Counted from the stretch's first letter, positions 45,050 to 54,989 are shown. The stretch: 64,000 nt of DNA from an uncultured Actinomycetes bacterium (GCA_963824545.1 CAWGPP010000013.1:38924-102923); one strand, 5' to 3'. Numbers and translations are program-made. Notes: generated by a model not told the origin, from the letters alone.

Positions 45050-46252
45050 ATGAGCACGCTGATCACGAACATCGGGGAGCTGGTGACGAACGCCCCGGCG
45101 GACGGCCCCGGCGCCGGACCGGGGGAGTTCGCGCTCCTCACCGCGGCCGCCCTGGTCATCGACGGCGGCACGATCACCTGGACCGGTGCCGCGGGCCAGG
45201 CCCCCGCCGCCGACGACATCGTGGACGCGGCCGGGCGTGCCGTCCTGCCGGGATTCGTTGACTCGCACGCCCACCTCGTCTTCGCCGGCGAGCGCGGCGG
45301 CGAGTTCGCCGCGCGGATGGCCGGGCAGCCCTACACGGCCGGCGGCATCACCGCGACGGTCATGGCGACCCGGGCCGCCTCCGACGTGACGCTCCGGGCC
45401 GGCCTGCGCCGGCTGGCCGACGAGATGCTCCGCCAGGGCACGACGACGTACGAATGCAAGTCGGGCTACGGGCTGACCGTGCGGGACGAGGCGCGCAGCC
45501 TGATGCTGGCCGCCGAGGTCACCCCCGAGTCCACGTACCTGGGAGCGCACGTCGTCCCGCCGGAGTTCGCCGGCGACACCGCGGGGTACCTGGACCTGGT
45601 GTGCGGCCCGATGCTGGACGCGTGCGCACCGTACGCCCGGTGGATCGACGTGTTCTGCGAGGACGGCGCGTTCGGCGCCGGCGAGGCGGCCGCCGTGCTG
45701 GCCGCCGGGCGGGCGCGTGGCCTGCTCCCGCGCGTGCACGCAGGGCAGCTCGGGCCCGGGCCGGGTGTCCGTGTCGCGGTGCAGGCCGGCGCGGCCTCCG
45801 CCGACCACTGCACCTACCTGACCGATGCGGACGTCGACCTGCTCGCGTCCTCTGGCACGGTTGCCACGCTGCTGCCCGGGGTCGAGTTCTCCTGCCGTCA
45901 GCCGTACCCGGACGCGCGGCGGCTGCTCGGCGCGGGCGTCACCGTGGCCATCGCCACCGACTGCAACCCCGGGTCGTGCTACACGTCGAGCATGGCGCTG
46001 TGCGTCGCGCTGGCCGTCCGCGAGATGGGCATGACCACGCGGGAAGCGGTCTGGTCGGCAACCGCCGGCGGCGCCCGCGCGCTGCGCCGGGCCGATGTGG
46101 GGTACCTCGGCGCCGGTGCCCGGGCCGACGTGCTGATGCTCGACGCCCCCTCGCACACCTACCTGGCGTACCGGCCCGGCGTGCCGCTGACCGCCGCCGT
46201 CTGGCGCGAGGGCCGCCTGGCCGCCGCGCGCCCGCAGGTTCTGGCCCGCTGA
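45050..46252 (+). CDS. hutI: imidazolonepropionase
   Basis: [14 protein letters not shown]..., HxH motif [10 protein letters not shown], 400 aa. Confidence 0.9.
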   Translation: MSTLITNIGELVTNAPADGPGAGPGEFALLTAAALVIDGGTITWTGAAGQAPAADDIVDAAGRAVLPGFVDSHAHLVFAGERGGEFAARMAGQPYTAGGITATVMATRAASDVTLRAGLRRLADEMLRQGTTTYECKSGYGLTVRDEARSLMLAAEVTPESTYLGAHVVPPEFAGDTAGYLDLVCGPMLDACAPYARWIDVFCEDGAFGAGEAAAVLAAGRARGLLPRVHAGQLGPGPGVRVAVQAGAASADHCTYLTDADVDLLASSGTVATLLPGVEFSCRQPYPDARRLLGAGVTVAIATDCNPGSCYTSSMALCVALAVREMGMTTREAVWSATAGGARALRRADVGYLGAGARADVLMLDAPSHTYLAYRPGVPLTAAVWREGRLAAARPQVLAR

Positions 46253-46443
46253 CGGGCCCCGGCGCACCGGGCCGACCAGGGCCGACGAGGGCCGACGACG
46301 GCCGATGAGGATCCGGCCGCCGTTTCGTCATACCCCTCGGGCATGCTAGCCAAGAGCGTTTTTTTCGTTCGCGGCCAGGAGCGCATTGGCGTAGGTTTCA
46401 TGGCGCGCGGCCGGCCACGGGGCAGCGGGCCGCTGAGGAGGGT

Positions 46444-47487
46444 GTGGTGTCACAAAACGGCTCAGGACCGGCGATTCTCGTGGAGAACCTGACGAAATCG
46501 TTCGGCGAGGTGCACGCGCTGCGCGGGATTGACCTGTCGGTGCCGCGCGGGACGGTGCTCGGCGTGCTCGGCCCGAACGGCGCGGGCAAGACGACCGCCG
46601 TGCGCATCCTGACGACGTTGCTACAGCCGGACGCGGGGCGCGCTCTGGTGGAGGGACACGACGTGGTGCGGCAGGCGTCCGCCGTCCGCCGCTCGATCGG
46701 GCTGTCCGGGCAGTCCGCCGCCATCCAGCTGGAGCTGACCGGCCGGGAGAATCTGGAGATCATCGGGCGGCTGTACCACCTGGACCGCAAGGCCACCAGA
46801 GCCCGCGCCGCCGAACTGCTGGAGCAGTTCGACCTGTCGGACGCGGCCGACCGGCCGGCCAAGGGCTTCTCCGGCGGCATGCAGCGCCGCCTGGACCTGG
46901 CCGCCAGCCTGGTCGGCCTGCCCAAGGTGCTGTTCCTGGACGAGCCGACCACCGGCCTCGACCCGCGGTCCCGGCTCGGCATGTGGGAGATCATCCGGTC
47001 CCTGGTGGCTGGGGGCACGACGCTGCTGCTGACCACCCAGTACCTGGACGAGGCCGACGAGCTGGCCAACGAGATCGTGGTCATCGATCGCGGCCTGGTG
47101 ATCGCGGCCGGCACCTCGGCCGAGCTCAAGGGCCGTATCGGCGGCGACGTGCTGGAGTTCACCGTCCCGGACCGCCCCCGGGTGCCGGACGCGGTCACGG
47201 CCGTGGCCAAGCTGGCCGAGGGTGACCCGCACGTCGATGAGGGGACCGGCGTGGTGAGCGTGGGCGTCGGCGGCAACGGCTCCGAGGCGCTCGTCCAGGC
47301 CGTCCGCGCCCTGGACGACGCCGGCGTCGAGACCAGCGGGCTGGGCCTGCGCCGCCCCTCGCTGGACGACGTGTTCCTGGCCCTGACGGGGCACGCCGCC
47401 GAGGACGAGGACCAGGGCGGCAAGCGCCGCCGCGGCCGCCGTAAGGGGCCCGAGAACGTCGACAACGTGGAGAGGGCATCGTCATGA
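46444..47487 (+). CDS. ABC exporter ATP-binding protein (DrrA-like)
   Basis: GPNGAGKTT, FSGGMQRRL, LFLDEPTTGLD. Confidence 0.85.
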   Translation: MVSQNGSGPAILVENLTKSFGEVHALRGIDLSVPRGTVLGVLGPNGAGKTTAVRILTTLLQPDAGRALVEGHDVVRQASAVRRSIGLSGQSAAIQLELTGRENLEIIGRLYHLDRKATRARAAELLEQFDLSDAADRPAKGFSGGMQRRLDLAASLVGLPKVLFLDEPTTGLDPRSRLGMWEIIRSLVAGGTTLLLTTQYLDEADELANEIVVIDRGLVIAAGTSAELKGRIGGDVLEFTVPDRPRVPDAVTAVAKLAEGDPHVDEGTGVVSVGVGGNGSEALVQAVRALDDAGVETSGLGLRRPSLDDVFLALTGHAAEDEDQGGKRRRGRRKGPENVDNVERASS

Positions 47488-48302
47488 CCGCCATCGCCGT
47501 GCAGCCGCTGCGGGACGACAGCCCGAGCCTGCCCACCCAGGCCCGCTGGGCCGTTACCGACACCCTCACCATCGCCAAACGGAACCTGCTGGTCTGGGCG
47601 CGGGTCCCGGCCTACATCGTGTTCACCGTGATCCAGCCGGTCATCTTCGTGCTGATGTTCCGGTACGTCTTCGGCGGTGCGATCCATGTGCCCGTCAAGG
47701 GCGGCTACGTCAACTTCCTGATGCCCGGCATCATCGCCCAGACCGCCGCGTTCGCTAGCTTCGGCACGGCCATCGCACTGGCTCAGGAGCTGCAGAAGGG
47801 GGTCATCGACCGGCTGCGGTCGATGCCGATGGCGCGTTCCGCGGTGCTGGCCGGTCGGCTGGTGGCGGACACCGGCCGGATGACGGTGACCATCCTGGTC
47901 GTGGTCGGGGTCGGCTACGCGGTGGGTTTCCGGTTCGAGGGCGGGGCGCTGGCGGCCATCGCCATGATCCTGCTGTCCATCCTGTTCGGGGTCTCGATCT
48001 GCCTCATCGCCGCGTACACCGGCCTGGCCATCGGCGACGAGGAGTCGGTGCAGGCCTTCGGGCTGATCTGGCTGTTCCCGATCACGTTCCTCAGCTCGGC
48101 GTTCGTGCCCATCGCGACCATGCCGGGCTGGCTGCAGGCCTTCGCCAACAACCAGCCGGTCACGTACGTTGTCGACACGATGCGCGCCCTGGCGCTGGGC
48201 CTCCCGATCGGGGGGAACCTGTGGAAGAGCCTGGCCTGGCTGGCCGGGATCTTCATCGTCTTCGGGCCGCTTGCCGTCCGCGCCTACAAGCGCGCCGCGT
48301 AG
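47484..48302 (+). CDS. ABC-2 type exporter permease (DrrB-like)
   Basis: 272 aa with 6 TM helices. ATGA overlap with the ATPase gene. Confidence 0.8.
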   Translation: MTAIAVQPLRDDSPSLPTQARWAVTDTLTIAKRNLLVWARVPAYIVFTVIQPVIFVLMFRYVFGGAIHVPVKGGYVNFLMPGIIAQTAAFASFGTAIALAQELQKGVIDRLRSMPMARSAVLAGRLVADTGRMTVTILVVVGVGYAVGFRFEGGALAAIAMILLSILFGVSICLIAAYTGLAIGDEESVQAFGLIWLFPITFLSSAFVPIATMPGWLQAFANNQPVTYVVDTMRALALGLPIGGNLWKSLAWLAGIFIVFGPLAVRAYKRAA

Positions 48303-48312
48303 ATCTGCCAGA

Positions 48313-48347
48313 GGCCCCCGGGCGGCGCGGAAACACCGCCGGGGGCC
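48313..48347. terminator. GC-rich hairpin between convergent genes
   Basis: ggcccccgg(g)cgg ... ccgccgggggcc, a 12-bp stem with one bulge. Confidence 0.5.
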
Positions 48348-48396
48348 CGGTTCAGGTCATCCGTATTCGATCGCCGTGGCGGTCGCCAGGATCTTC

Positions 48397-48822
48397 TCAA
48401 CCTTCTTGACCTTGATCTTCTTCACGCGCTGCCCTCCCTTCCCGTGCTCGCCGGTGCCCGCGGTGATCGCGGATGAAGGTGAACGCTGCGGTCGCGGGCG
48501 GCACCAGAGCGGCGCACCCGGACACCAGGACCGCCCAGAAGCCGGGATGCGCCGGTGTGCTGTGCAGCAGCCCCGTGACGACCCACCGGATGATCGAGAG
48601 GATCAGCGGGGCGAAGAACCGCACGAAATAGAACGCCACCAGGATCAGCCCAGCGGCCTGGACCCAGCCGTACCACCGGGCCGCGGCGAGGTCGCGCGGG
48701 CCGGCCGCGTCCAGCTCGGCTTTCTCCGCCGTGGTGAGCCGGCGGTACCGGCGCGCCATCCGCAGCCGGCTGATCCGGGTCAGGTTCACGCAGCCCAGGC
48801 CGACCGCGAGCACCGCGTACAC
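48397..48822 (-). CDS. hypothetical membrane protein
   Basis: 141 aa with 3-4 hydrophobic helices. No recognised motif. Confidence 0.45.
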   Translation of the reverse strand: MYAVLAVGLGCVNLTRISRLRMARRYRRLTTAEKAELDAAGPRDLAAARWYGWVQAAGLILVAFYFVRFFAPLILSIIRWVVTGLLHSTPAHPGFWAVLVSGCAALVPPATAAFTFIRDHRGHRRAREGRAAREEDQGQEG

Positions 48823-48887
48823 GTCGGTCCGGTTTGTTAACGGATATCCAACTCCGGCCCCGGCGCGGGCGCAATCACCACGGCGGC

Positions 48888-49457
48888 TCAGCGGAGCGCC
48901 GGATAGCGGCCGCGGAACCTGATCAGCGGATCGCCCGATGGCGCCTGGTACGGGACCGCGAGCACGCGGGCCATGATGACCAGGTGATCTCCGGCCGGGA
49001 GGCGCTTGGCGACCTCACATTCCAGCGCGGCCAGGCCGCCGTGGGGGATCAGCGCGCCGGACAGCAAGCCGCGTGTGTGCGGCACCGCGTCCAGCATCCG
49101 CCGGGCGTTCGGCCGTCCCGCGACCGCGAAACGGCCCGCCAGCATGCGCTGGCTCGCGGCCAGCAGGCAGACGGCGAACCGGTCCACCGCCCCGCCGGCC
49201 CGCCCCGGCCCGGCCGGCGTGCCGTCCGGGGTGACGCCGCCGAGCAGTTCGGCGGGGTAGGACGCGGCCATCAGTGAGACGAGCACCAGCGGAGGGTCCA
49301 GCGAGATGGGGCAGAACGCGGTGACCGTCGTGCCGATGTCATCGCGGCCATCCGCGATCGTGACCAGCGTGACGCCGGCCGCGTAGGCGGACAGCACGCC
49401 GGAAAAGCCAGCCGGGGCGGCAGCGGCGGCACGCCCGTGATCGGCGCGTTCGGTCAA
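48888..49457 (-). CDS. flavin reductase-like FMN-binding domain protein
   Basis: 189 aa, GVTLVTIADGRDDIGTTVTAFCPISLDPPLVLVSL. Confidence 0.75.
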   Translation of the reverse strand: MTERADHGRAAAAAPAGFSGVLSAYAAGVTLVTIADGRDDIGTTVTAFCPISLDPPLVLVSLMAASYPAELLGGVTPDGTPAGPGRAGGAVDRFAVCLLAASQRMLAGRFAVAGRPNARRMLDAVPHTRGLLSGALIPHGGLAALECEVAKRLPAGDHLVIMARVLAVPYQAPSGDPLIRFRGRYPALR

Positions 49458-49482
49458 TCGATTCTCCAGAAGCCGGGCAGCA

Positions 49483-51213
49483 TCAGCGGCCCGTACGGCG
49501 ACAGGCCCGCCTGCGCCGCCAGCTGCCAGGCCGGCCCCAGGCCTCGGCGAGTGGCCCGAGCCCGGGGACCAGGCTGGGCATCAGCCCGGCCACGAGAGAC
49601 GGCAGGCCGCCGGCCGCCTGCGCCGCGCGGTCCTCGCTCGATTCGTGCGGGCGCAGCTGATCCAGCGGGGTGACCCGCGGGAAGGCCCGGAGCGGTGCGT
49701 CCGCGGGCAGGCCGCCCCGGCGCCGGGCCGCCTGCGCCGCCTCCGCCAGCCCGCCGAGCGAGTCGGCCAGGCCGTTCTGCACGGCGTCGGCGCCGGTCCA
49801 GACGCGTCCCCGGGCCACCTCCCGCACCCGCTCGCCGGACATCCCGCGGCCGTCCGCCACCTTGCTGGTGAAGTCGGCGTAGATGTGGTCCAGCCATGCG
49901 TTGACGATGGCCCATTCGTCTTCGCTGAACGGGTGGATCGGGCCGAACATCCGCCCGTGCGCGCCCTCGGTCACCCGGTCGGTGGTGATCCCGGCCCGGC
50001 TCAGCAGGTCCTCGACGACGGGCTTGCCGGTCACCACGCCGATCGATCCGGTGATCGTCCCCGGCTGCGCGATGATCTCGTCCGCGGCCATCGCGATGTA
50101 GTACCCGCCGGACGCCGCGACGTCGCCCATGGACACCACGACCGGCGTGCCGCCGGCCCGGGCGCGCACGACTTCGCGCCAGATCGTGTCGGACGCCGTG
50201 GATGAGCCGCCGGGGCTGTTGACCCGGAGCAGGATGGCCGCCGCGCGCTCGTCGGCGGCCGCAGCGCGCACCGCACCGGCCACGGTGTCGGAACCGATGG
50301 CGGGCCCGGACATCGGTCCCCGGCCGCTGCGGCCCTGCCGGATCGGCCCGGAGGCGTAGATGACCGCCACGTACCGCTGGCGGGGGTTCGGCAGCTGGCG
50401 GGCCCGCTGCGCCAGGGTGCGCGTCCGCTGATATCGCCCCACGTACTGCAGGATCGCTTCCGGCCCGGCCTGCGCGCGGACCGCCGCGTAGACCTCGTCG
50501 CGGTAGCCCACCACGTCGACGAGGCCTTCGGCGAGCGCTTGGTGCGGCAGGAACGGGCCACGGTCCAGCAGGGCCCGCGCCTCGGCCGGCGTCTTCCCGC
50601 GCCGTTCGGCGATAGCGCTGGTGAGCTGCCCGGCGATGGACGCGGCCAGGTGGGCGTTTTCCTCCCGGGCGGGCGCGGTGAAGCCGCGTTCGGTCAGCGG
50701 ATGCGCTGCCGTCTTGTACTCCTCCCGCTGGGCGGCCTCGAAGCTGATCCCGGCCTTGTCCAGCGCGGACCGGAGAAACAGCTGCTCGACCGTGATGCCG
50801 GTGAGCCCCAGGGCGCCGGACGGCTGCAGGTAGATCTGGTCGAACGCGGTGGCGAGGTAGTAGGGCATGTTCCCCTGCGAGAACTCCCCGAACGATTCGG
50901 CCCAGGCGTACGCCGGCTTGCCCGACGCGCGGAACCGCCCCACGGCCTCCCGCAGTTCCTGCACCGTGGCCAGGCCGAGGTGCTGGCCACCGACCTTGGC
51001 GATGAGCGCCTTGACCCGGCGGTCATCCTCGGCCCGCCGCAGGCCGTCGAGTACGTCGGCGAGCCGCGTCTTGTGCCGGGACAGCAGGGCCGCCACCGGG
51101 TCGGCCGGCGGCCCTTCCGCGATGCCCTGCGTGAGATCCAGTTCGAGGATCAGCGGCGCGGTCCGCCGCTGGCACAGTTTGGTGATCTGCCCGGCAAACA
51201 TCGCATCGACCAT
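49483..51213 (-). CDS. sppA: signal peptide peptidase SppA (67K type)
   Basis: 576 aa with two ClpP/crotonase-like halves and the active-site context GDVAASGGYYIAMAAD. Confidence 0.9.
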   Translation of the reverse strand: MVDAMFAGQITKLCQRRTAPLILELDLTQGIAEGPPADPVAALLSRHKTRLADVLDGLRRAEDDRRVKALIAKVGGQHLGLATVQELREAVGRFRASGKPAYAWAESFGEFSQGNMPYYLATAFDQIYLQPSGALGLTGITVEQLFLRSALDKAGISFEAAQREEYKTAAHPLTERGFTAPAREENAHLAASIAGQLTSAIAERRGKTPAEARALLDRGPFLPHQALAEGLVDVVGYRDEVYAAVRAQAGPEAILQYVGRYQRTRTLAQRARQLPNPRQRYVAVIYASGPIRQGRSGRGPMSGPAIGSDTVAGAVRAAAADERAAAILLRVNSPGGSSTASDTIWREVVRARAGGTPVVVSMGDVAASGGYYIAMAADEIIAQPGTITGSIGVVTGKPVVEDLLSRAGITTDRVTEGAHGRMFGPIHPFSEDEWAIVNAWLDHIYADFTSKVADGRGMSGERVREVARGRVWTGADAVQNGLADSLGGLAEAAQAARRRGGLPADAPLRAFPRVTPLDQLRPHESSEDRAAQAAGGLPSLVAGLMPSLVPGLGPLAEAWGRPGSWRRRRACRRTGR

Positions 51214-51322
51214 GCGGCCAGCTTAGGCGGCCACGTTCGCGGCGCGGAGAGGCGCGGGTCCCCGATTGCCACGTGACCGGGTTATCGTCGGTCCATCAGC
51301 GCTAAACGGGAGAGGCCGGGCG

Positions 51323-51910
51323 ATGACCGCAGGCAACGATGCCAGCCTTCATAACGGCCCCGGTGGCGAGTCCGGCCACGGGCCGGAGCTGACCGTCATC
51401 GTGGATGGCGCCAACGTGGTGGGCTCACGCCCCGACGGCTGGTGGCGGGACCGGGCCGGAGCCGCGGTCCGCCTGCACGACGAGCTGGCCAAGCTGGCGG
51501 CGCGCGGTGCCGCCGGCATCCCGGCGGAGCAACTGGCCACCGACGCTGATCGCGGGCCCGGGCGCCCCGGCGCGGGCGTCCGGCCCGGTCCCCCCGCCCT
51601 GGTCACCGTCGGGGTGATCCTGGTGCTGGAAGGAGCGGCCCGGGCGGCGGGGCCGCGGATCGCCGAACGTGCCCGGGTGGCGGCCCAGACCGCGCCGCGG
51701 TCCGCGAACGTCAGCCGGCCGGGCGAGGGGGACGGCGGGACGGTCCAGGTCGTGTCCGCACCGGGTTCCGGCGACGACGAAATCGTCCGGCTGGCCCGGG
51801 CCCGGCCCGGCCGCCGCATCGTCGTGACGGCCGACCGTGAACTGCGCCGCCGCTGCCTGGCCGTGGGGGCGCAGGTGGCCGGGCCGTCCTGGCTGTATGC
51901 CTTGCTGTGA
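51323..51910 (+). CDS. NYN/PIN-like domain protein (YacP-like)
   Basis: LTVIVDGANVVGSRPDGWWRDRAGA ... SGDDEIVRLA ... VVTADRELRRR. ATG 51323 follows GGGAGAGG. Confidence 0.6.
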   Translation: MTAGNDASLHNGPGGESGHGPELTVIVDGANVVGSRPDGWWRDRAGAAVRLHDELAKLAARGAAGIPAEQLATDADRGPGRPGAGVRPGPPALVTVGVILVLEGAARAAGPRIAERARVAAQTAPRSANVSRPGEGDGGTVQVVSAPGSGDDEIVRLARARPGRRIVVTADRELRRRCLAVGAQVAGPSWLYALL

Positions 51911-52018
51911 CATGGATCCCGATGCCTTGCTGTGATATGGATCCCGGTGCCGTACCGGCGGTGGCGGCCGCGCAGCGCATAGTCTGAGAGGGCCCCCCGA
52001 AAGCCCCCTCCACCGAAA

Positions 52019-52261
52019 ATGCTGATGGTTGCGCTCATTGTTCTCCTTGTCCTCCTGCTCGCCCTTGCGGTGGCCGTCGTCGACCGCAGTACGAAGGCCA
52101 GAAAGCGGGCCCGCCGCCGTCGTCAGGCCGAAAAACGCCTGGCCGCAGCCGCGGCCGGGGCTGAGGCCAGGGAACAGGAGCGAAGAGCCCGCCAGGAGGC
52201 GAGCGCCGCGCTGACGTCGGTCATGCCGGCCATCCACGATCGCGGCCCCCGCCGCGTCTGA
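52019..52261 (+). CDS. small single-TM protein with Arg/Lys/Glu-rich tail
   Basis: 80 aa, MLMVALIVLLVLLLALAVAVV then a charged helix. High GC3, no clear RBS. Confidence 0.45.
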   Translation: MLMVALIVLLVLLLALAVAVVDRSTKARKRARRRRQAEKRLAAAAAGAEAREQERRARQEASAALTSVMPAIHDRGPRRV

Positions 52262-52310
52262 CTCCTGCTCCGGCCGTGTCCCCGTGCCGCGGGGGCGGCA
52301 TGATGGCAGG

Positions 52311-52802
52311 ATGAAGATCGTCGCGCTGTCGGATACGCACGCGCCCTGGCGCTGGCGATCGTGCCCGCCGCGGGTCGCGGCGCACCTGCGCGGGGCCGAC
52401 CTCATCCTGCACGCCGGCGATGTATGCACCGTCGGCGTGCTCGAAGAGCTGTCCGCCTACGCGCCGGTCCGGGTCGTGCTGGGCAACAACGACGGCCCGG
52501 ACGTCGCGGCCTGGGGTGCCCCTGAGACCGTCCAGTTTGACCTGGACGGGCTCCAGCTGGCCATGATCCACGACAGCGGCCAGGCGGCCGGGCGCATCGC
52601 GCGGATGCGCCGCCGCTTCCCGGGCGCCGGGCTGGTGGTGTTCGGCCACTCACATATCCCGCTCGACCAGTCCGCCGACGGCTTGCGCATCTTCAACCCC
52701 GGCTCACCCACCGACCGCCGCCGCCAGCCGCGCGGCACGATCGGCCTGCTCACGATCTCGGCGGGCCGCCTCCGGCAGGCCCGCATCGTCCCGGTCAGCT
52801 GA
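52311..52802 (+). CDS. metallophosphoesterase (YfcE/MJ0936 family)
   Basis: MKIVALSDTHAP, HAGD, GNND, GHSH motifs. Confidence 0.85.
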   Translation: MKIVALSDTHAPWRWRSCPPRVAAHLRGADLILHAGDVCTVGVLEELSAYAPVRVVLGNNDGPDVAAWGAPETVQFDLDGLQLAMIHDSGQAAGRIARMRRRFPGAGLVVFGHSHIPLDQSADGLRIFNPGSPTDRRRQPRGTIGLLTISAGRLRQARIVPVS

Positions 52803-52946
52803 CCGTCCCTCAGTGAACGTACATCTTTTTTGTGAGCAGTGCTCTTGACAGATTGCGCAGTAACGGTGTTAGCTGCTCTTGAGACAGAGCAGTGCTCTCG
52901 AACCGGGCCGGGCCCAGCCGGGAGCACGGAACCAAGGAGGCCCACC

Positions 52947-53405
52947 ATGACCGAGACGCCGCAGCACTACCAGGAGGCGGGCTGGTTCACCCGCAATGTG
53001 TTCAACAAGGCCGTCGCCGGCCTGACCGGGCTGGGCATCCCCATCATGGGGTCGCGCATCCTGGCCGTCCGGGGCCGTAAGAGCGGCGAGTGGCGCACCA
53101 CGCCGGTCAATCTCCTGATCATCGACGGCCATCGCTACCTGGTCGCACCGCGCGGCCACACGCAGTGGGTCCGCAACCTGAGGGTCTCCGGCCAGGGTGA
53201 GCTGCGCCTCGGGCGGCGGGTGGAGCCGTTCACCGCCGAGGAGGTCTCCGACGACGCCAAGCCCGCGATCTTGCGCGCCTACCTGCGCCGGTGGAAGGCC
53301 GAGGTCGGCGTGTTCTTCGGTGGCGTTGGCCCGGACTCCCCGGAGACCGAGCTGCGCCGGATTTCTCCCGACCACCCGGTCTTCAAGATCAGCGGCGCGG
53401 CCTGA
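52947..53405 (+). CDS. deazaflavin (F420H2)-dependent nitroreductase family protein (DDN-like)
   Basis: ATG 52947 follows AAGGAGG. RKSGEWRTTPVNLL..DGHRYLVAPRGHTQWVRNL. Confidence 0.8.
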   Translation: MTETPQHYQEAGWFTRNVFNKAVAGLTGLGIPIMGSRILAVRGRKSGEWRTTPVNLLIIDGHRYLVAPRGHTQWVRNLRVSGQGELRLGRRVEPFTAEEVSDDAKPAILRAYLRRWKAEVGVFFGGVGPDSPETELRRISPDHPVFKISGAA

Positions 53406-53588
53406 AGGCAGTCGGCTCGCAGGGCCGCCGCGGCTCCTGGCCTCTGCCGTCCGGCCGCTTCGCCAGCAGGCCGGCGCGTGGTCAGCGGCGGGATCGCGGC
53501 GAACTTCCCCTCGGGCTTTTGCGCTTCGGCTGGGCTGGCTCTGCGCGTCCGCCCGGGGCGCCTGATGCCGCGGGCGGACGCGCACCGG

Positions 53589-53750
53589 GTTATTGGCTTG
53601 AGCGATGGGATACGTGGCCGGCCGCGGCTTGGTGGTGCCGCGCGGGAGGGGAAGGGCGGGACCGCGCCCAGGGACTGGCAGCCATCACGAACGATGCGAT
53701 CAGGGTCAAGGCCGCACTTGTTGCGCGTGCTGTTGCCGGTGTACTGGTCA
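53589..53750 (-). CDS. candidate 53-aa secreted mini-protein downstream of RHH paralog 1
   Basis: Not in the ORF track. GAGGAGG lies 8 nt before the ATG. MTSTPATARATSAALTLIASFVMAASPWA is signal-peptide-like, followed by the His/Pro-rich RSRPSPPARHHQAAAGHVSHRSSQ. Confidence 0.35.
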
Positions 53751-53802
53751 TCTCCGTTGCCTCCTCGTGGCCGGCGCTCTCGCGGCTCTGGCTAGCCGTG
53801 TG

Positions 53803-54186
53803 TCAGAGCAGTTTGAGCAGGTTGGCATGGCCGTCCTGGCGGACGATGATTTCTGCCCCGGCGTTGAGCACAGCGTCGATGTACTCGTAGAGGGACAGTG
53901 CCCTGTTGACGATGTCGGTCCTGGATAGGTCGGTTCTGTCGTGGGTGCGCTGAAGGTCTGCTGCCGCCTTGTCAATGAGCGGAACAGTTATCTGGTCCGC
54001 TACGGGGGCCAGTTCCCGTAGCGGACCAGAGCTGCCGGTGCTATGTGGCGCTTCCCCGGCCTGCTCGGGTGCGCAATCGGCCGTGGCTGATGGTGGGTCT
54101 GCAGCTGGGCCGGATGCCGCCCCTGCGGTATCCGGCGGCGCTGCCGCCACGAGACGCGGCGTGGCGCCGTGTGTACGACCACCCAT
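53803..54186 (-). CDS. ribbon-helix-helix-like small DNA-binding protein, island paralog 1
   Basis: ATG 54186 follows GGGAGG. C-terminal 60 aa (ITVPLIDKAAADLQRTHDRTDLSRTDIVNRALSLYEYIDAVLNAGAEIIVRQDGHANLLKLL) align with 55347..55610 and 63052..63288. Confidence 0.7.
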   Translation of the reverse strand: MGGRTHGATPRLVAAAPPDTAGAASGPAADPPSATADCAPEQAGEAPHSTGSSGPLRELAPVADQITVPLIDKAAADLQRTHDRTDLSRTDIVNRALSLYEYIDAVLNAGAEIIVRQDGHANLLKLL

Positions 54187-54366
54187 GGTTGTCCCTACCT
54201 CCCTGATGTTGACGGACAGGATCGTCTCCCGCACTACGGAGATGCACTATACAGTCAATGTGCAGCATAAATGTAGAGCCCCGTGTGGTAAATAGATGTA
54301 GTTCAGCTGTCTCTGATACAGCTATACTGACGAAATGTGTCGGCTGCTGCCTGACAGGAGGTGCCC

Positions 54367-54612
54367 ATGGAGCCGCCAGAAAGCCTCCCCGCCGGTGCCG
54401 GACTGCCCAACCAGGGTGGCGAGAAGCCTGCTGCGGACCGGCCGGCCGAGCCTGTGCTGGCACTGCAGGCGCCGACGGCAGCGGCTGAACTCGTCCTCAT
54501 ATTGCTTCCGCCTGACCATGAAGTCATCGCTCGGGACCGCTGGCCCGCACGGCTGCTCCGGCATGGCCTCCACGCGGCCTGGCGGGGGATCGGCGGTGGC
54601 CCCAGGGGGTAA
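54367..54612 (+). CDS. 81-aa motif protein A (PTAAAELVLILLP)
   Basis: CAGGAGG lies 5 nt before the ATG, with a TATACT -10 box at 54323. Divergent from RHH paralog 1. Motif at 54472..54510. Confidence 0.55.
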   Translation: MEPPESLPAGAGLPNQGGEKPAADRPAEPVLALQAPTAAAELVLILLPPDHEVIARDRWPARLLRHGLHAAWRGIGGGPRG

Positions 54613-54857
54613 GGGGATACTGTCGCACCAGTTCGGGCGGTCGCGAAGCACTCGCTGCATATGTTCGGCTTGTTCGTTCTTTCCGGCACTGCCAACGTCT
54701 TGTATCTACCGGGAGTAGCTATCCGGCCGCGAACTATGATAGCTAATTGTTCACTCTGACTCTGCTGTACAAAGCTAATATTCGATGTTAGGTTCGACTT
54801 CAGTCCAGTCGATGTCGCAACTTGGTCCGCACCTTGAGGCTGAGAAGGGGAGGGAAC

Positions 54858-54989
54858 ATGGGAAAGGTGGCGCAAAGCCTGGCAGGCTTCTCTGACGACG
54901 ACGATTACGGGCCATCTGGGGATACTGAGCAGCCCTCCCCGATGGCTGAGCTGGCCATAAGGCTGGAGCGCGTAGAACCCGGCCAGTGA
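54858..54989 (+). CDS. 43-aa acidic motif protein E (PSPMAELAIRLERVEP)
   Basis: Not in the ORF track. GAAGGGGAGGG precedes the ATG. MGKVAQSLAGFSDDDDYGPSGDTEQPSPMAELAIRLERVEPGQ. Confidence 0.45.
   Translation: MGKVAQSLAGFSDDDDYGPSGDTEQPSPMAELAIRLERVEPGQ

Noticed and set aside
54785-54815. tRNA-like GGTTCGA string (gttaggttcgacttcagtcc) as a possible att or tRNA fragment at the island.
   Set aside because: The flanking bases do not form a T-stem and no acceptor or anticodon arms are present. It lies inside the leader of mini-ORF E.
54858-54989. Pup-like features of mini-protein E (acidic DDDD run, C-terminal GQ).
   Set aside because: It has no Gly-Gly before the terminal Gln and is shorter than Pup. 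It lacks the proteasome-interaction helix pattern, and no pafA/dop genes are nearby. The resemblance is judged coincidental.
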